From Podarcis muralis (Eukaryota): a stretch of 64,000 bases of DNA. The notes under the pieces are model-generated. The model did no database searches. It saw only the letters and a list, made by a program, of their open reading frames with translations, and had not been told where the DNA came from. Position numbers and translations under genes: made by a program. The stretch covers positions 68,820,001 through 68,884,000 of the forward strand of contig NC_135656.1 in the NCBI RefSeq assembly GCF_964188315.1. The letters are read 5' to 3'. This document shows positions 62,601 through 64,000 of this stretch, one piece after another; the first letter of the stretch is position 1, and every line of letters starts with the position of its first letter.

Positions 62601-62901
62601 CTTTAAATGTGTAGTGTGACTGTGGCCAAACTTTGGTTTCCAGAGTCAGCTGTTCCCCCAACTCATGCTAAAAAAGTATCCTTTTAGCTTTTGATGAATC
62701 CTCTCCCCTTTCCTACTCATAGACTGTTTTCTCCTCTTCTTTTTTCCTCAGTGGCGAGAGGAGCGCTTCCGGCAAACTAGTGAGAGCACAAACCAGCGGG
62801 TTCTCTGGTGGTCCATTGTCCAGACCCTCATTCTTGTAGCCATTGGAGTCTGGCAGATGAGGCATCTTAAAAGTTTCTTTGAGGCCAAGAAGCTGGTATA
62901 A
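59376..62901 (+). CDS. TMED9: p24 family GOLD-domain cargo receptor TMED9 (p24alpha2), 5 exons, 225 aa
   Basis: Exons 59376-59529 (signal peptide, [26 protein letters not shown]), 59846-59946, 60895-61020, 61156-61302, 62752-62901 (ends FFEAKKLV*, a KKXX motif). The residues [20 protein letters not shown] and [21 protein letters not shown] are TMED9-like rather than TMED4-like. Synteny with RGS14/LMAN2 agrees. Confidence 0.95.
61922..62628. mobile_element. Palindromic MITE-like element in TMED9 intron 4, interrupted by Bov-B
   Basis: Imperfect inverted ends of about 70 bp (gataccactttaaacagtcatggcttc / gaagccatggctgtttaatatggtatc); related to 41863-42040. Confidence 0.7.
62163..62533 (-). 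mobile_element. Bov-B 3' fragment with 11-bp TSD
   Basis: Peptide [26 protein letters not shown]...; TSD agcacccttaa at 62152-62162 and 62534-62544. Confidence 0.93.
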
Positions 62902-64000
62902 AAAAAAGTGTGGCTTGATATCAGCAAAAGGCCTGCAGTTCCCACAGGAGCCATTCCCAGTTCTTCAGTGCCTGCACGGGTGCTTCTCCTCTCCTCAGTC
63001 TTCTTCCACCAGACTGGTTGTTGTCCAGGCTCAGTGTCATCTACCTCTCTCTGCCTCTGTCCTTCCATCTCTCTTCCTCCCTGCCAACATCTCAGCCTGC
63101 TGTGGTTCCAGGGCAGCAGCTTCGCCTCTTAAGGCACTGTGTTCTCTCCAGACAATCCAGACCTGCCCTCCCTCCCTGTCACTCATGTTCTGTGTGAGGA
63201 GCCTGTGGGGGGGAGGGGATTTTCTCTTGCCTAAGAGTGTCCTTCATCAAAAATCAACTCTTCCCAAGGGCACCCAGGACCCTTTTTCCCAGCCAGCGTC
63301 ACAAATGACAAAGCCAAGAAACTGATGCCAGTTTTGAGCCCTGCTGTATTTTTACTAGCTCTGACTTCTTGATGCCGCCAGTATGTTGCTTTGAAGAAAA
63401 GCACTGAATAAGAAGACCTGGAAGCTCTGCCTGCAGTTCTCCTGTCCTGTATATTCTTAATGTGAATGGGATATGGAATGATTTTGGGATTAACTGCTGT
63501 GGGATTGGTGGAATAATATTGAGACACTCTGTATGTATGTGTTGGGATATGTGATAATAATTGGGCTATTAACTGAGGATAGCCAAGTATTGAACTTTAC
63601 TTGATTTATATCTTCCTCTGTAGCTTGCTAGAATTAAATTGGCTTTTCCTGTATATACACAACCACTATTCTTCTGGCAGATCAGATGCCTCATTTTCTT
63701 ATGAATGTGAGCATATTGGTTGTAAGCTTGGTTCTGCACTGCTGTTCTTGCAGCAGGAACATGTGCTGACTTGCTTTTTCCAGCTGTTCCACCAGCCCAA
63801 TCATAACTCCCATTTACTTGGAAGCAAACCCTGTTGGTTTCAATAGAATTCCTTTCCCAAGGAACTTTACAGTCCAGGTCTCCTAGGGGTTTGTTTTGCT
63901 AAATACATTTATGGACATCCAACAAATTCATATGGTTTGATTATAATTCCAAAATTATTGAAGCATCTTCTCATGACCCCTCTCCTATCAACGTTTGAGA

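Overview
Vertebrate genomic DNA, most likely a squamate and probably a lacertid-type lizard, judged from the Sauria SINE, Bov-B, CR1, L2 and MITE content. It has one 136-N gap. I rebuilt five spliced genes by reading splice sites and phases by hand. (1) RGS14 on the minus strand: 15 coding exons, 209-18932, about 618 aa, with one GC-AG intron. (2) An unnamed 17-exon WD40 gene on the plus strand: 23685-36926, about 731 aa, about 14 repeats, probably two 7-bladed propellers. (3) An ARL3-like small GTPase paralog on the plus strand: 6 exons, 42495-46365, 187 aa. (4) LMAN2/VIP36 on the plus strand: 8 exons, 50100-55749. (5) TMED9 on the plus strand: 5 exons, 59376-62901. The most interesting observation is that the WD40 gene and the ARL3-like gene sit between head-to-head RGS14 and LMAN2, which from memory are direct neighbours in human. 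The WD40 CpG island also carries an RFX X-box-like motif. Together these suggest a cilium-related two-gene module kept in reptiles and lost in mammals; this is inference and needs a synteny check. Introns and intergenic DNA hold many young transposons with intact target-site duplications, several nested insertions and two probable solo LTRs. Most ORFs in the supplied track are noise or transposon fragments.
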